DNA from: Octopus sinensis
Taxonomy: Eukaryota
Direction: 5' to 3'
NCBI RefSeq assembly: GCF_006345805.1
Contig: NC_043020.1
Location: 16,182,001 to 16,246,000, forward strand
DNA length: 64,000 nt
The notes below the pieces were generated by a model. It was not told where the DNA came from. It saw nothing but the letters and a program-made list of their open reading frames with translations, and searched no databases. The position numbers and the translations under genes were made by a program. Shown here piece after piece: positions 38,860-51,917 of this stretch; the first letter of the stretch is position 1; every line of letters begins with the position of its first letter.

Positions 38860-39056
38860 AAATATAACAAATGATGAATACTTCAAGAATCCATAAAAAT
38901 TTCCGGATCACTACCAAAATTTCATCATCTGTTTCTTGTGTCATTATCAACCTTTCCTGCAAGTTTCATCAAATACTGTTTAAAACTTTTTGAGTTACTT
39001 TGCATACAGACGGACAAACCAATGCCAATGATTTATGATTTCATTGGCGAAGGTAA
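38860..39056 (+). mobile_element. Helentron-associated (HINE/DINE-like) element 3' relic
   Basis: AAGTTTCATCAAA..GAGTTA..ACAGACGGACAAAC, hairpin GCCAATGA/TCATTGGC and terminus TTGGCGAAGGTAA. Confidence 0.5.
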
Positions 39057-40888
39057 TTAGCAAAAGCAAGATGGCCATAAAAACACTCATTCCAGTGTGT
39101 CAGTGATGTATAAAAGATACCTAGTACATTCTGTAAAGTGTTTGGCATTAGGAAGAGCATCCAGCCATAGGAATTATACCAAAGCAAACTGGAGCCTGGT
39201 TCAGCTCTCCTGTTTGCTAGCTCTGGTCAAACCGTCCAACCCATGCCAGCATAGCATACGGACAATAAATGATGATGATGAAGAAGGAAGAGGCAATGTG
39301 TAAGACCTTTGCAGGTCCTTTGAGATTGGCGAGTGTCTGGTCTTTAATGTCCCATGAAGCAAAAATATGAGCATGGAGGAAATTCCAGTGGGGGTTGGGG
39401 GTCTGATGTCTTGGGGAAAAAAAATGAAAAGTTGGAAATAATGGCTAGTGCAGATCAAGGGTAGGGGTTTGGGGGAAGGTGGATGCAACAAGGTTGGTGC
39501 AAAGGGGAGAGCTATGTGGGCTGGAGATAACTGAGTAGTGGAAATATGAGATCATCCAGCCCCACGATGTGCTGGGGTGAGAGTAATAGTAGAAACGGTA
39601 AGGGCAGTAGCAAAGACAGAGAGAGAGAAAAAAATTGAGGGAGAGAAAGAGAGACAAAGAAATTTAGGGAGAGTTGATGATGTTTTTATTAAAAGTGGTA
39701 GAGTTGATGATAGCAGTGGGAGCAATAATAAAGGAGAGAGAAAGAGTGGGTATGTGAGAGAATGTGGGACTGAAGACTGAACCAACATACTGAACTAACA
39801 CACTGAATGATGGTATTGGGGTGATAATAATAGTATGAGCAGTAGTTGTGATAGAGGCGGAGGTGGCAGTGATGATGGTGGTGGTGGTTTGAGTAAGTGA
39901 TGTGGAAAACAGTGGTGGTGCAGGTGGTGGAGGGGAAGGCAATGAAGTCAGAGGTATTGATGGTAGTGGTGACAGAAGTCTGAATGGTGTGCATATAACA
40001 GATGTGGCAATGGTGGTGGTACTAGTGTTTATCAAACAGCTTTGCAATAAGTTCCAAGTCAACAAATTATATCATTGCTTTGAAGAAAATTGTTCATTGC
40101 TTGAAAAATATTGGTCAAGTTTGATAAAATTTAATAGGTGCAGGAGTGGCTGTGTGGTAAGTAGCTTGCTTACCAACCACATGGTTCCGGGTTCAGTCCC
40201 ACTGCATGGCACCTTGGGCAAGTGTCTTCTACTATAGTCTCGGGCCGACCAAAGCCTTGTGAGTGGATTTGGTAGACGGAAACTGAAAGAAGCCCGTCGT
40301 ATATATGTATATATGTATATATATGTGTGTGCGTGTATGTCTGTGTGTCTGTGTTTGTCCCCCTAGCATTGCTTGACAACCGATGCTGGTGTGTTTATGT
40401 CTCCGTCACTTAGCGGTTCGGCAAAAGAGACCAATAGAATAAGTACTGGGCTTGCAAAGAATAAGTCCCGGGGTCGAGTTGCTCAACTAAAGGCGGTGCT
40501 CCAGCATGGCCGCAGTCAAATGACTGAAACAAGTAAAAGAGTACAAGAGTATGTACTCAATGCACGAAGTGTCATTGTTAGGTGCAAGGCCTAATGAAAA
40601 GCCCTCCCCAGGACCTAGTGTAAAAGCCGTCCTACAGGGTGGCTTTTAATCTAGTTTTGTTATATATACAAGTCAAGGCATAAATAAGGGTCATTACATA
40701 TTTCTTTATTGTAGTACATTTGGCTTACAGCTGTTTCCAGTAGTTATTATAGGTTCATTATTGATTGGTTGGCTCAACTGACTCATTGACTGGTTGAGAA
40801 AAATTAAACAACCTAGTGAATTAATGCTACTTTCGTCAGAGTCATTGGTGGTTATAAGTAAGGAGGACACTGAAAGAATGTGTGTGTT

Positions 40889-40920
<32 letters not shown>

Positions 40921-41083
40921 ACATATATGTGTTCCAGCATGGCCACAGTCAAATGACTGAAATAAGTAAAAGAATATACAAAGTATATATACATATAAAA
41001 ATATATATATATATGAATATATATATTTGCAGTTCACTCACTCGTGTGTGTATAATTATATATATATACATACAATATATATA

Positions 41084-41134
<51 letters not shown>

Positions 41135-41135
41135 C

Positions 41136-41177
<42 letters not shown>

Positions 41178-41488
41178 GTGTGTGTGTAAAATAATATGTG
41201 ACAATTATTCAATAGCCAAGATAAAACTCTGAGTTTTGGATGCCAAGGTGGAAATCCACAACACCATCTCTTCGGTTATCTGGACATCTGAAAAATGCTA
41301 TGAAAAAGATAACTGAAGAGATGGTGTTGTGGATTTCCACTTCGGCATCCAAAACTCAGAGTTTTATCTTGGCTACCAAATAATTGTCACATATTATTTT
41401 ACAGATAAATTTCCTCTATTTACATAATATTGAGGTCTCTTTCTTTCTTTTGTTATCTTACCATTTTTACCAATACATATATATATAT

Positions 41489-41576
<88 letters not shown>

Positions 41577-41589
41577 AATATACTCTATA

Positions 41590-42732
41590 TAACTCTATAA
41601 GATGCACCAAGTGTAAGCTATGGACACATAAGAGGTGAAGCAATGTCAAAGGAAGGCTAACTAGCAAGATAGTTTTTGTATGTGGCAGATGCTCTGGTTC
41701 AATAAACACTGAAAATACGCAGAGACCATCTTCCGCCACATTCCAGGGAAATAGTTGATAGTTTCCGTTACCTAGGTGACCAAGTCAGTAGCGGGGGTGG
41801 GTGTGCTACATGGCAGTGAAACATGGGCCGTGACTGCTGAGGATATGCGTAAGCTCGCAAGAAATGAAGCCAGTATGCTCCATTGGATGTGTAATGTTAG
41901 TGTTCATACCCAACAGGGTGTAAGTGCCTTGAGAGAAAAGTTGGACCTAAGAAGCATCAGATGTGTGTGCAAGAGAGGCGTCTACACCTGTATGGACATG
42001 TCGTAAGAATGGATGAAGATAGTTGTGTGAAAAAGTGCCACACCCTAGCGGTTGAGGGAACCTGTGGAAGAGGTAGACCCAGGAAAACCTGGGATGAGGT
42101 GGTGAAGAACGACCTTCGTGCTTTAGGTCTCACTGAGGAAAGGACTAGAGACCGAGACCTTTGGAAGTATACTGTGTGCGAGAAGACCCGGCAGGACAAG
42201 TGAGGCCATAACCCATGGCCTCTACCTGGGACGTAGTCAGTCCACCTGTGCATACCTTCCTTCTTGGGACACATAACTCTACTTGTGAAAACCTATTGAG
42301 GCAAGTGAAAATCAAAATCAAAATCAAATCAAAATCAAAAATCAAAGAATCAAATCAAAATCGATGAACATCAATGGAATTTGTAGTCTTGTGGTACCAG
42401 TGCCGGTGGCACATAAGAAAATCATCCGAACGTGGCACATAACAAACACCATCCAATTGTGGCCGTGCCAGCCTCGCCTGGCAACTGTGTCGGTGGCACA
42501 TAAAAAACACCCTCCGAGCGTGGCCGTTTGCCAGCCTCGTCTGGCACCTGTGTCGGTGGCACATAAAAAGCACCCACTACACTCACGGAGTGGTTGGCGT
42601 TAGGAAGGGCATCCAGCTGTAGAAACACTGCCAGATCTGACTGGCCTGGTGCAGCCTTCGGGCTTCCCAGACCCCAGTTGAACCGTCCAACCCATGCTAG
42701 CATGGAAAGCGGACGTTAAACGATGATGATGA
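41590..42732 (+). mobile_element. 5'-truncated, internally deleted RTE copy of the same family as 2734-7059
   Basis: NSIRCTKCKLWTHKR, LHGSETWAVTAEDMRKLARNEA, GRGRPRKTWDEVV; 3' UTR about 520 bp with (GAT)n tail. Confidence 0.92.
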
Positions 42733-42837
42733 AATATATATATAAAGGGAAAGTTTACGAAAATAAACAAAAGACGAAGGCAGGTGGTGTACAAACAAAC
42801 AGATGTATTAGTATAGCGCTCAGGAATAAAAAAAGGT

Positions 42838-42873
42838 CTTTTACGTTTCGAGCCTATGCTCTTCTACAGAAAG
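42838..42873 (-). ncRNA. Minimal hammerhead-like motif with one core substitution (family H8, element 42733-42940)
   Basis: CTTT-CTGTAGA-A-GAGC-ATAG-GCTC-GAAAC-GTA-AAAG. Confidence 0.6.
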
Positions 42874-43116
42874 ATACACAGAAAAAAACAAGGAGAGAAA
42901 CAAGGAGAGAAAAAAATGTGTGTAGTGGCTAACGATCTATATATATATATATACAAACAATGATTTTTAATGATTTTTTGGCTAATTTTGAAATTAAATC
43001 GGCAGTTTATATTTACTGCTGAGAAAACCGCGTGAGTGTGGTGGATTTTGAAAATTTATAGCATATAGACTCGAGGCATGTTTATTATCGCCTCGTGAAC
43101 ATATGGTAGTCCTTGG

Positions 43117-43202
43117 CTTTTCTGCTGAAGAGGCAACGCCAGTGGTAAATAAATTTATTTTATTTACAAAAGATTGCCGAAACTATGCATAGTCCAGAAA
43201 GG
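43117..43202 (+). ncRNA. Canonical type I hammerhead ribozyme (family H9, element about 42955-43420)
   Basis: Stem I CTTTTCTG/CAGAAAGG, core CTGAAGA, stem II GGCAA/TTGCC, GAA, stem III ACTATGCATAGT, cleavage triplet GTC. Confidence 0.9.
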
Positions 43203-43440
43203 AGAGGGTAAACGTTTTTATTTCTCTTTCCATTTCAGAATTACAACTATTAGTGGTTTGGAGTTTAGCTGCTCTTTCTAGTGAGTCGGATGTCCTATTA
43301 TGGCCATCCCTTATATGTTTGAATGTATATTATATAGTCTATTGACTATTTTTTCTTTCTCACTTGACCGCTGGTAGCGGAGAATTTTTCTAAAATTTTT
43401 TGCTACCCTAAAATTTATTAATATATATATATATATATAT

Positions 43441-44084
43441 ATAATAGTTATCGCCATACTAATATGGCATTCTTATAAAAATAAGAAAAAAGCTGTCCGC
43501 TTATTAGCTCCATGAGGCCATCGCCTTAAGTTAGCTATTTGATACACAAACTGTATCCATATAACCTTCGAACAAGGGAGGTCAGTCGCTCCACACTACT
43601 TGACCGGCAGCTACAGACGCGTTTCGGGGTATTGCCCCTTTTCAATGCAGCGTAGCCAGCCAGTAGGTGTCGCTTCCGACAATCTCTGTTCGATGGTTTT
43701 ATTTACCTAGTTTCGGTGGAATACATCCACTTGTTTTCAATAATAGAAATATTAAAATAACTAAGTCTCTCTAAAAGAGAACAGCGGCAGCGTTCCCGGA
43801 AAATAATAGTTATCGCCATACTAATATGGCATTCTTATAAAAATAAGAAAAAAGCTGTCCGCTTATTAGTGTGGAGCGACTGACCTCCCTTGTTCGAAGG
43901 TTATATGGATACAGTTTGTGTATCAAATAGCTAACTTAAGGCGATGGCCTCATGGAGCTAATAAGCGGACAGCTTTTTTCTTATTTTTATAAGAATGCCA
44001 TATTAGTATGGCGATAACTATTATTTTCCGGGAACGCTGCCGCTGTTCTCTTTTAGAGAGACTTAGTTATTTTAATATTTCTAT

Positions 44085-44086
<2 letters not shown>
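43441..44086 (-). mobile_element. PLE-type non-coding element: 362-bp unit, partial direct repeat and inverted arm, in (TA)n (family H10)
   Basis: 43441-43507 is repeated at 43803-43869. 43867-44086 is the reverse complement of 43741-43802 joined to 43441-43598. Confidence 0.85.
43610..43651 (-). ncRNA. Minimal type I hammerhead ribozyme with U3-A8 core pair
   Basis: GCTGCA-TTGAAAA-GGGG-CAATA-CCCC-GAAAC-GC-GTC-TGTAGC. Confidence 0.82.
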
Positions 44087-44146
<60 letters not shown>

Positions 44147-44675
44147 GCTGTTTTTTCCAATTTCCATCTACCAAATCCACTCACAAGGCTTTGGTCAGGC
44201 TGGTGCTGTAGTAGAAGACACACTCCTCCAAGTGGAACTGAATTGAAGACCACAGACAACATGGTTGGGAAGCAAGCTTCTTAACCAAAAAGCCATGCCT
44301 GTGATAAAATCACAGGCATGGCTTTTTGGTTAAGAATAAGAGGTATTTTTGATTTTGTTTTTTACAAGCTTTTAAAAATTCTATTTATCCACATTACATC
44401 TTTGCATCCAAAATGGCTACCGCACATAATTATACCATTTGACAAAAACGTACATCTAAATGTAGAAAAGGAAGAAGAAAATGAACAAATTGGTGAAAAG
44501 TCTATAGAAGAAAAATTCTCAAATATCCAAATAAGCAATTTGGGTAACTTAGAAGACAGCAGCTATAAGAACAACAACACTAATGGTAGCAACTCTTACA
44601 GAATTCAAAACACTCAAGCTTATTCATATAGTAACTGTGTGAAAGCAAACATTCTTTCGATATTAAATGAATGAA

Positions 44676-44890
44676 AGGTGGCGAGCTGGCAAAATCGTTA
44701 GCACTTCAGGCAAAATATGTAGCAGTATTTCGTCTGTCTGCACATTCTGGGTTCAAATTCCGCCAAAGACGACTTTGCCTTTTGTCCTTTCGGAGCTTGA
44801 TAAATTAAGTACCAGTTGAACACTAGGTTGATGTAATCGACTAGCACCCTCCCTCCAAAATTCCTGGCCTTGTGCCAAAGCTTGAAGGCA
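44676..44890 (+). mobile_element. SINE family B with 16-bp target-site duplication
   Basis: ATATTAAATGAATGAA (44660-44675) and ATATTAAATGAGTGAA (44891-44906). Confidence 0.85.
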
Positions 44891-45360
44891 ATATTAAATG
44901 AGTGAACAGAAATGGAAACGCGATGACAATTTTTTTAAAAGTCAAACGACATTTGTTTCTCCAAGAGATAATCTAAGAAAAGACAAAGAGAAAAATTATT
45001 TATCTTTGGTGTCATAGGTGCAGGCAGGTCTATGAGGTAAGATGTTTACTTCCAAACCACATTAGTTCCTGGTTCAGTCCCAGTGTGGCATCTTGGACAA
45101 GTGCATTCTATGAGAGACCCAAGCCAGCCAAAGTGCTGGGAGTGGATTTGGTAGGCAGAAACTGAAAGAAACCTGTCGTGTATGTATATGTATTTATATA
45201 TATGTATCTATGCACACACAAACACATGCACATACACACATACACACACACACACAGAAACACATATATATGTATATACATATACATATATATACACATG
45301 CATACATACACACACATATACACTCACACACACACACACACATACACACACACACGCATA

Positions 45361-46237
45361 CAGGGTGTATTGAATAAACTGTCGTCTAAATTATGCAAAA
45401 ATGAAAATAACACTGACATCTCATTTTAACAGATATGTTTACCACAATTGCATAAAAATATCTTGAAATACTAAAAAGTAAATTTATTCAATAAAATTGC
45501 CATTAACTTCAACCATTGACTACTTTGGAATCTCCTACAACTCTTCTGGATAGTCTCCTTGTTTAAGTTGGTGCATGCTGCCATAATCCTTGCCTTCAGT
45601 TCAGCTTTGGTCTTAAAAGGTGTTTTGTTGGTCTCTTGCTTAACTGTGCCCCACACATAATCAAGAGGGTTGCAGTCTGAGGAGTTAGGTGGTCAGATGT
45701 TAGGGGTGATGTGGTTATAGATATTGTCTGACAGCCATGACTGGGTTCTCCTGCTTGTGTGGCATGGTGCAGAGTCCTGTTGCTAGACATAGGATCTTCC
45801 AGCAGCCACTCTTTTGACCCAGGGCAGCTCTACCTCCTCCAGGCACTTGATGTAGGCCTCTGTGTTGAGTCTGATACCGTGTGGGAAGATGAATAGAGGT
45901 ATAACATTACCATTACTAGTGATCACTTCAAACACCATGATGTTGACTGGATATTTGATTTTTATCACTCTTGGTACATGTCCTCAGATTACACTGTCCT
46001 CAGATTAACACCCAAACACTCTGAAGTGCTTATATTGGTGCTTCCACCACAAATACCAAGCAGTACAGCATGTTGTTTCCAAATTTCTGGCAGAGTGAAT
46101 TGTGTCATGGTGCTGTTTTTCTCAGACAGTTTTCAACTGACCCTACTATACTGTGTAGTCAACAAAATCGAAAACAATCAATGCAGCATGGATGAAATTA
46201 AAAATATAAAATGGGAAAATTTACCCATTGCACCTTG
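45361..46237 (-). mobile_element. Decayed maT-type (DD37D) Tc1/mariner transposon
   Basis: QQDSAPCH..PPNSSDCNPLDYVWG with 37 residues between the two catalytic D; imperfect CAGGGTG-type ends; internal stops. Confidence 0.85.
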
Positions 46238-46239
46238 AA

Positions 46240-46350
<111 letters not shown>

Positions 46351-46411
46351 CTGGAGTAAGCACATAAATGTGAAACAAGGTGGAAAAAAAGAGTACTCAA
46401 ATACCAGAGTA

Positions 46412-47320
46412 TTAGGTGATCCCCTGAATAAAGTGGTTTTTCAATTGCATGAAGTAAAAATTGGAGGGGGACAGGATAAATTACCTACATCAACTTGCTA
46501 TAAAAGCAAGTAGTAATTTTAACATGTCCTTATTCTTTGTGCAAGTTTTAAAGAGTGCAGTTTGATTTTAATGGTTATTTTTTCAAAACTATAATGGAAG
46601 TGACCAAGGAACATATTCAGCACATTTTGGTTTATGAGTTCAATAAAGGCAACAACATAACAGTAAGGGTGGGGAATATTAAGGCAATATATGGGGGTTG
46701 AACAATAGGCATAAGACAGTGTAAACGGTGGTTCCAGAAATTCCAAGCTGGAAACTACACCCTAGAAAACAAGCCTCATCCTTGAAGATCTATAGAGCTC
46801 AATGAGGACAACCTGCAAACCCTGGTGAAACAAAATCCCATTGTAACTGTTAAGGAACTAGCAGAGAGGCTTGGATTTGGTCATTCAAGTCTGCACTAGA
46901 AGAAAAATGACCATCTTTGGTTTCAAGACAAAAGGTGTTCTTTGATCAGGATAATGCTCAGCCACATACATCGAGGATGGCATTCCAAAGGCTGGAGCAG
47001 TTTGAATGAGAAACAATGCCCCACCCACTATATTCACTGGACATTGTCCCATCTGATTATCATTTATTCTGCAGTCTTCAAAATCATTTGGATTGAAAAA
47101 ATATGAATTGTGTAGACGAAGTCAGAACAGTATTCGAAGAGTATTTTTCGTCATAGACAAGTGAATTTTGGAAGAAGGGCCTTGCAAGTGCACCAGATAG
47201 ATGGAAGAGCATTGTAGAAAATGAAGGAGAGTATATTTTTGATTAAAAAGAACTTGTTTATCTTAATTCTGAAAAATAAAAGAAGTATAAAAAAACTGCA
47301 TTATTTATGGAATGACCCAA
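46412..47320 (+). mobile_element. Decayed, internally deleted mariner element
   Basis: YEFNKGNN..RWFQKFQAGNYTLEN, QDNAQPH..HPLYSLDIVPSDYHLF, RWKSIVENEGEY; diverged TIRs with TA flanks. Confidence 0.85.
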
Positions 47321-47575
47321 TATATATATGTGGTGTGTGTGTTGTGTGTGTGTGTGTGTGTGTATTGTCCTGTTTTAGCTTTTATAGGCCATTTGAGCAA
47401 AGCCTGAAGATTGCATGAAGGTACCAGACATATCATTAAAACTCTGTTCATGTCATTTTCATTGCATGAAACTCTTAGTAGCTCAAAACAATATATACTG
47501 TGTACTTTAAACAATGTTTATTTCTCACCAGATGGAGAACTTTTTTGTCAATCTTACCTTCACAGAACAGTACAC

Positions 47576-47577
<2 letters not shown>

Positions 47578-47609
<32 letters not shown>

Positions 47610-48200
47610 TGTATGTATGTATGTATGTATGTATGTATGTATGTATGTATGTATGTATGTATGCACGTATGTATGTATGTATGTATGTATGTATGTATGT
47701 ATGTATGCACGTATGTATGTATGTGTGTATGTATGTGTGTATGTATGTATGTATGTATGTATGTATGTATGTATGTATGTATGTATGTATGTATGCACGT
47801 ATGTATGTATGTATGTATGTGGTATGTATGTATGTATGTATGTATGTATGTATGTGTGTATGTATGTATGTATGTATGTATGTATGTATGTATGTATGTA
47901 TGTATGCACGTATGTATGTATGTATGTATGTATGTATGTATGTATGTATGTATGTATGTATGTATGTATGTATGTATGTATGCACGTATGTATGTATGTG
48001 TGTATGTATGTGTGTATGTATGTATGTATGTATGTATGTATGTATGTATGTATGTATGTATGTATGTATGTATGTGTGTATGTATGTATGTATGTATGTG
48101 TGTATGTATGTATGTATGTATGTAAGTATGTATGTAAGTATGTATGTAAGTATGTATGTATGCATATATGTATGTGTGTATGTATGTATGTGTGTGTGTA
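47578..48200. repeat. Long (TATG)n tetranucleotide array
   Basis: Seen directly; source of the YVCM/HTYI pseudo-ORFs. Confidence 0.98.
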
Positions 48201-49637
48201 TATTAAAGTGTCCTGTTTTCATGATCAAAATTTTGTTTCTGACTGAACCATTGTCTTGTGTGATGCCAGTGAAAGAAAAAATGAGATATACAAAGTGACA
48301 GGGTTCTAAAACCCTTTTTGTGACTACACGAGTTGAAATTATGCAGCTGTTTTTGGTCAAAACGGGCCATTGTTATCGTGCTTGTGCAGTGTCAAGTTTA
48401 AAAGTTATCTGTTTAATATTTATTTCATAAGTCCCATGTGGATTCAAATTATGATAGAAAATTACGGTGCAAATGCATAGTTTATCTTTTATGATTTTAT
48501 GACAAGCACACTGTAACATGGTTGACAAAATCTTTTTAATAATAAATCAACTACTTTCCATGATACATCTTTGAATACACTTTTAAGATATATAATACAA
48601 GTTGAACTACAAGAAAGCATCTTCAGTACATACCTATTCAGCTGATTTTTAAAAGGAAATTTTATAGCTAAATGTTCATTCTTCACTCAGCACTTAAGCA
48701 TCGGAAACCCTGCTGAAATATTTGAAATACACTTAACTGCCATTCCAAACCACTCAGAAGACTGCAGTTCAGGCTCCTTATCCTTGTGTTCATGCAGAGG
48801 GTTCCCTTGTTTTCTCCTATTCATGGTTGTTCAACATCTAGTGGATGTGATTATAAGATTTTAAGATTTTAGTCAACTGTGTAACTTAGTGCTTGTTATA
48901 AAGTCATTAGCAATGAGTTTTACACTAACACCATAATTTTATAGCATAATTTAGATTCACATGAGACTTACGAAAGAAATGTTAAATAGACCCCTTTTGA
49001 TTTGACACTACACAAATATGATAAAAATTACCAAAAAAATGCATTTTTTCTCAACTTCAGGAAGCTTGTATAATCACAAAAATGATGGTTTTAGAGCTCT
49101 GTCACTTTGTATACCCATTTTTTCATCCACTAGCACAACACAAGACAATGGTGCAGTCAGAAAACCTTTGACCTGGAATAGGGGACACCTAATGTATATA
49201 TTCTATCACTCTTTTACTTGTTTCAGTCATTTGACTGTGGCCATGCTGGAGCACTGCCTTTAGTCAAGCAAATCGACCCCAGGACTTATTCTTTGTAAGC
49301 CTAGTACTTATTCTATTCTATAGGTCTCTTTTGCCAAACCACTAAGTTACGGGGATGTAAACACACCACCATCAGTTGTCAAACGATGTGGGGGGGACAA
49401 ACAGAGACACACAAACATATACACACATACATATATATATGTGTATATATATATATATATATACATATATACGACAGGCTTCTTTAAGTTTCCATCTACC
49501 AAATCCATTCACAAGGCTTTGGTCGACCTGAGGCTATAGTAGAAGACACTGGCCCAAGGTGCCACGCAGTAGGACTGAACCCGGAACCATGTGGATGGTA
49601 AACAAGCTACTTAGCACACAGCCACTCCTATGCCTAT

Positions 49638-49688
<51 letters not shown>

Positions 49689-50282
49689 GAGAGAGAGAGG
49701 GCGGAGGTAGTAAGGTTGATAAAAGCAGTTAGGCTTCAGACATATATTTAGATGGAACTCAATATAAAGCTTATGAAATAAAGAGAAAATATGTAATGAA
49801 AAAATATTATATAATGGCTTATCTCAGCAGCTGTTTCAAGAGGAAAAACCTATGTAATAACCATATTCATAGGTTTTATGTACATGATGTCGTAAGTGTG
49901 TGACCAGTTACCAATCCAGACGAAATTGTTAAGTGAGGCCTAATTTACTTAGCAACTCCATCTGGACTTGTCACCTATAATTTCATGCTCCTTTGAGTAT
50001 GGTCATTATGTAAGTTTGGCCTCTTGAAACAGATTCCAAGATAAGACATTACATGATGATTTTGCATTATATATATATATATATAGTTAATCCAAACAAG
50101 AAAACACAAAAAAACACAACGCGAGGACGTGGAACAAATATAGTATTATTGGACGCTCAGGAAAGAAGGAAAGAAGGAGGGTTTAACGTTTCAAGCAGAG
50201 CTCTTCGTCGGAAACATAGGAGAAGGAAAGATCCAGAGAAAGGAAGACAGAGGAAAAAAATCGTCAACGGTACACACGAGGT

Positions 50283-50319
<37 letters not shown>

Positions 50320-51581
50320 CGACGAGCTGGCAGAAACGTTAGTACGCCAGGCGAAATGCTTAGCGGTATTTCGTCTGCCATTACGTTCTGGGTTCAAATT
50401 CCGCTGAGGTCGACTTTGCCTTTCATCCTTTCGGGGTCGATAAATTAAGTACCAGTTCCGCACTGGGGCCAATGTAATTGACTTAATCCCTTTGTCTGTC
50501 CTTGTTTGTCCCCTCTGTGTTTAGCCCCTTGTGGGTAGTAAAGAAATAATATATATATATATGGAGGCGCAATGGCCCAGTGGTTAGGGCAGCGGACTCG
50601 TGGTTGTCAGATTGCAATTTCGATTCCCAGACTGGGCATTGTGAGTGTTTAGAGAGCGAAGACACCTAAAAGCTCCACAAGGCTCCGGTAGGGGGTGGTG
50701 GCAATCCCTGCTGTACTCTTTCGCCACAACTTTCTCTCACTCTTTCTTCTGTTGGCCAGCTCACTTAGCCAGCAGGGTGGCGTCATTTGAAGGCTAAAAC
50801 AATGCGAAGCGCATTGTGAGCAGCGATGTGTAACAACATCTGATAGCCTGGTCGGTCACGGTGATCATGGTGATATATATACACACATATATATATATAT
50901 ATATATATTATTTAATAATCTATATTTTGTGCTCCATGTAAATATATATGTCTCTAGCCTAATTGTGTTTCTCTAACTTACTTCCTCCATAACAGTTCAA
51001 TTTTGATTGCTCTTATAGCCATTTTCATTGCCGTAGGCTCGGTCCTGAATGAGGAAGTTGAAACTTAAATTCACATTCATTTGACCAATATTATGTTTTA
51101 TCTATACTCAGCTAATTTTGCTCTCACCCACTCACTATGTATATACACACACACACATATTTATGTATATTGTATATTATGTGTGTGTATGTATGTATGT
51201 ATGTATATTATATACATACATATATATTATATATATATATATATATATATGCAGCCATCTATCTATCTTTCTATTTATATCTCTTTATATATATATGTGT
51301 AATGATACTTCTTATAAACTTGTTTCTTTCTTTATATATCTGTGTTTGTGTATATGTGAGTATGTGTGTCAGTCTCTGTGTATGTGTGTGTGTGTGCTTG
51401 TGTGTATGAGTGTGTGAGTGTGTATTTGGACTGACGGCATATTTGATTAGCTTTGATTTCTTTTTAAATTCTATAATATTGAACACATTGTCGATTATCT
51501 GAAAAAAAAAATTCTTATTAAAACCATTAAATCTAAGCACTGACTATTTACGGTAAGCCAACATTATCATTATCGTTATTA

Positions 51582-51655
<74 letters not shown>

Positions 51656-51674
51656 GTTATTGTTATTATTGTTA

Positions 51675-51708
<34 letters not shown>

Positions 51709-51884
51709 CATTATTATTATTATTATTACCGTTGCAAAACTTATATAAATGTTATTGACATTGAATATTTGCTGCACCAAAGAAAAGTTGTAAAAACAAA
51801 AAAGAGAAAAAATGATTTTTTTTAATAATAGTAATGAATTCTGCCTCCAAGCGACAATATAGATATATTTGTGTATGTGTGTGT

Positions 51885-51917
<33 letters not shown>

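Noticed and set aside
39552-40065. GA/GT-rich ORFs on both strands
   Set aside because: Low-complexity sequence without recognisable domains or clear splice signals.
47411-48360. 200-295 aa YVCM/HTYI ORFs (also 22.0-22.6 kb and 60.1-60.8 kb)
   Set aside because: (TATG)n arrays lack stops in several frames by composition.
48634-48712. Minus-strand 79-nt segment with good acceptor (TATTTCAG) and donor (AG/GTATGT)
   Set aside because: All three frames contain stops; it could only be a non-coding exon, and nothing else supports it.
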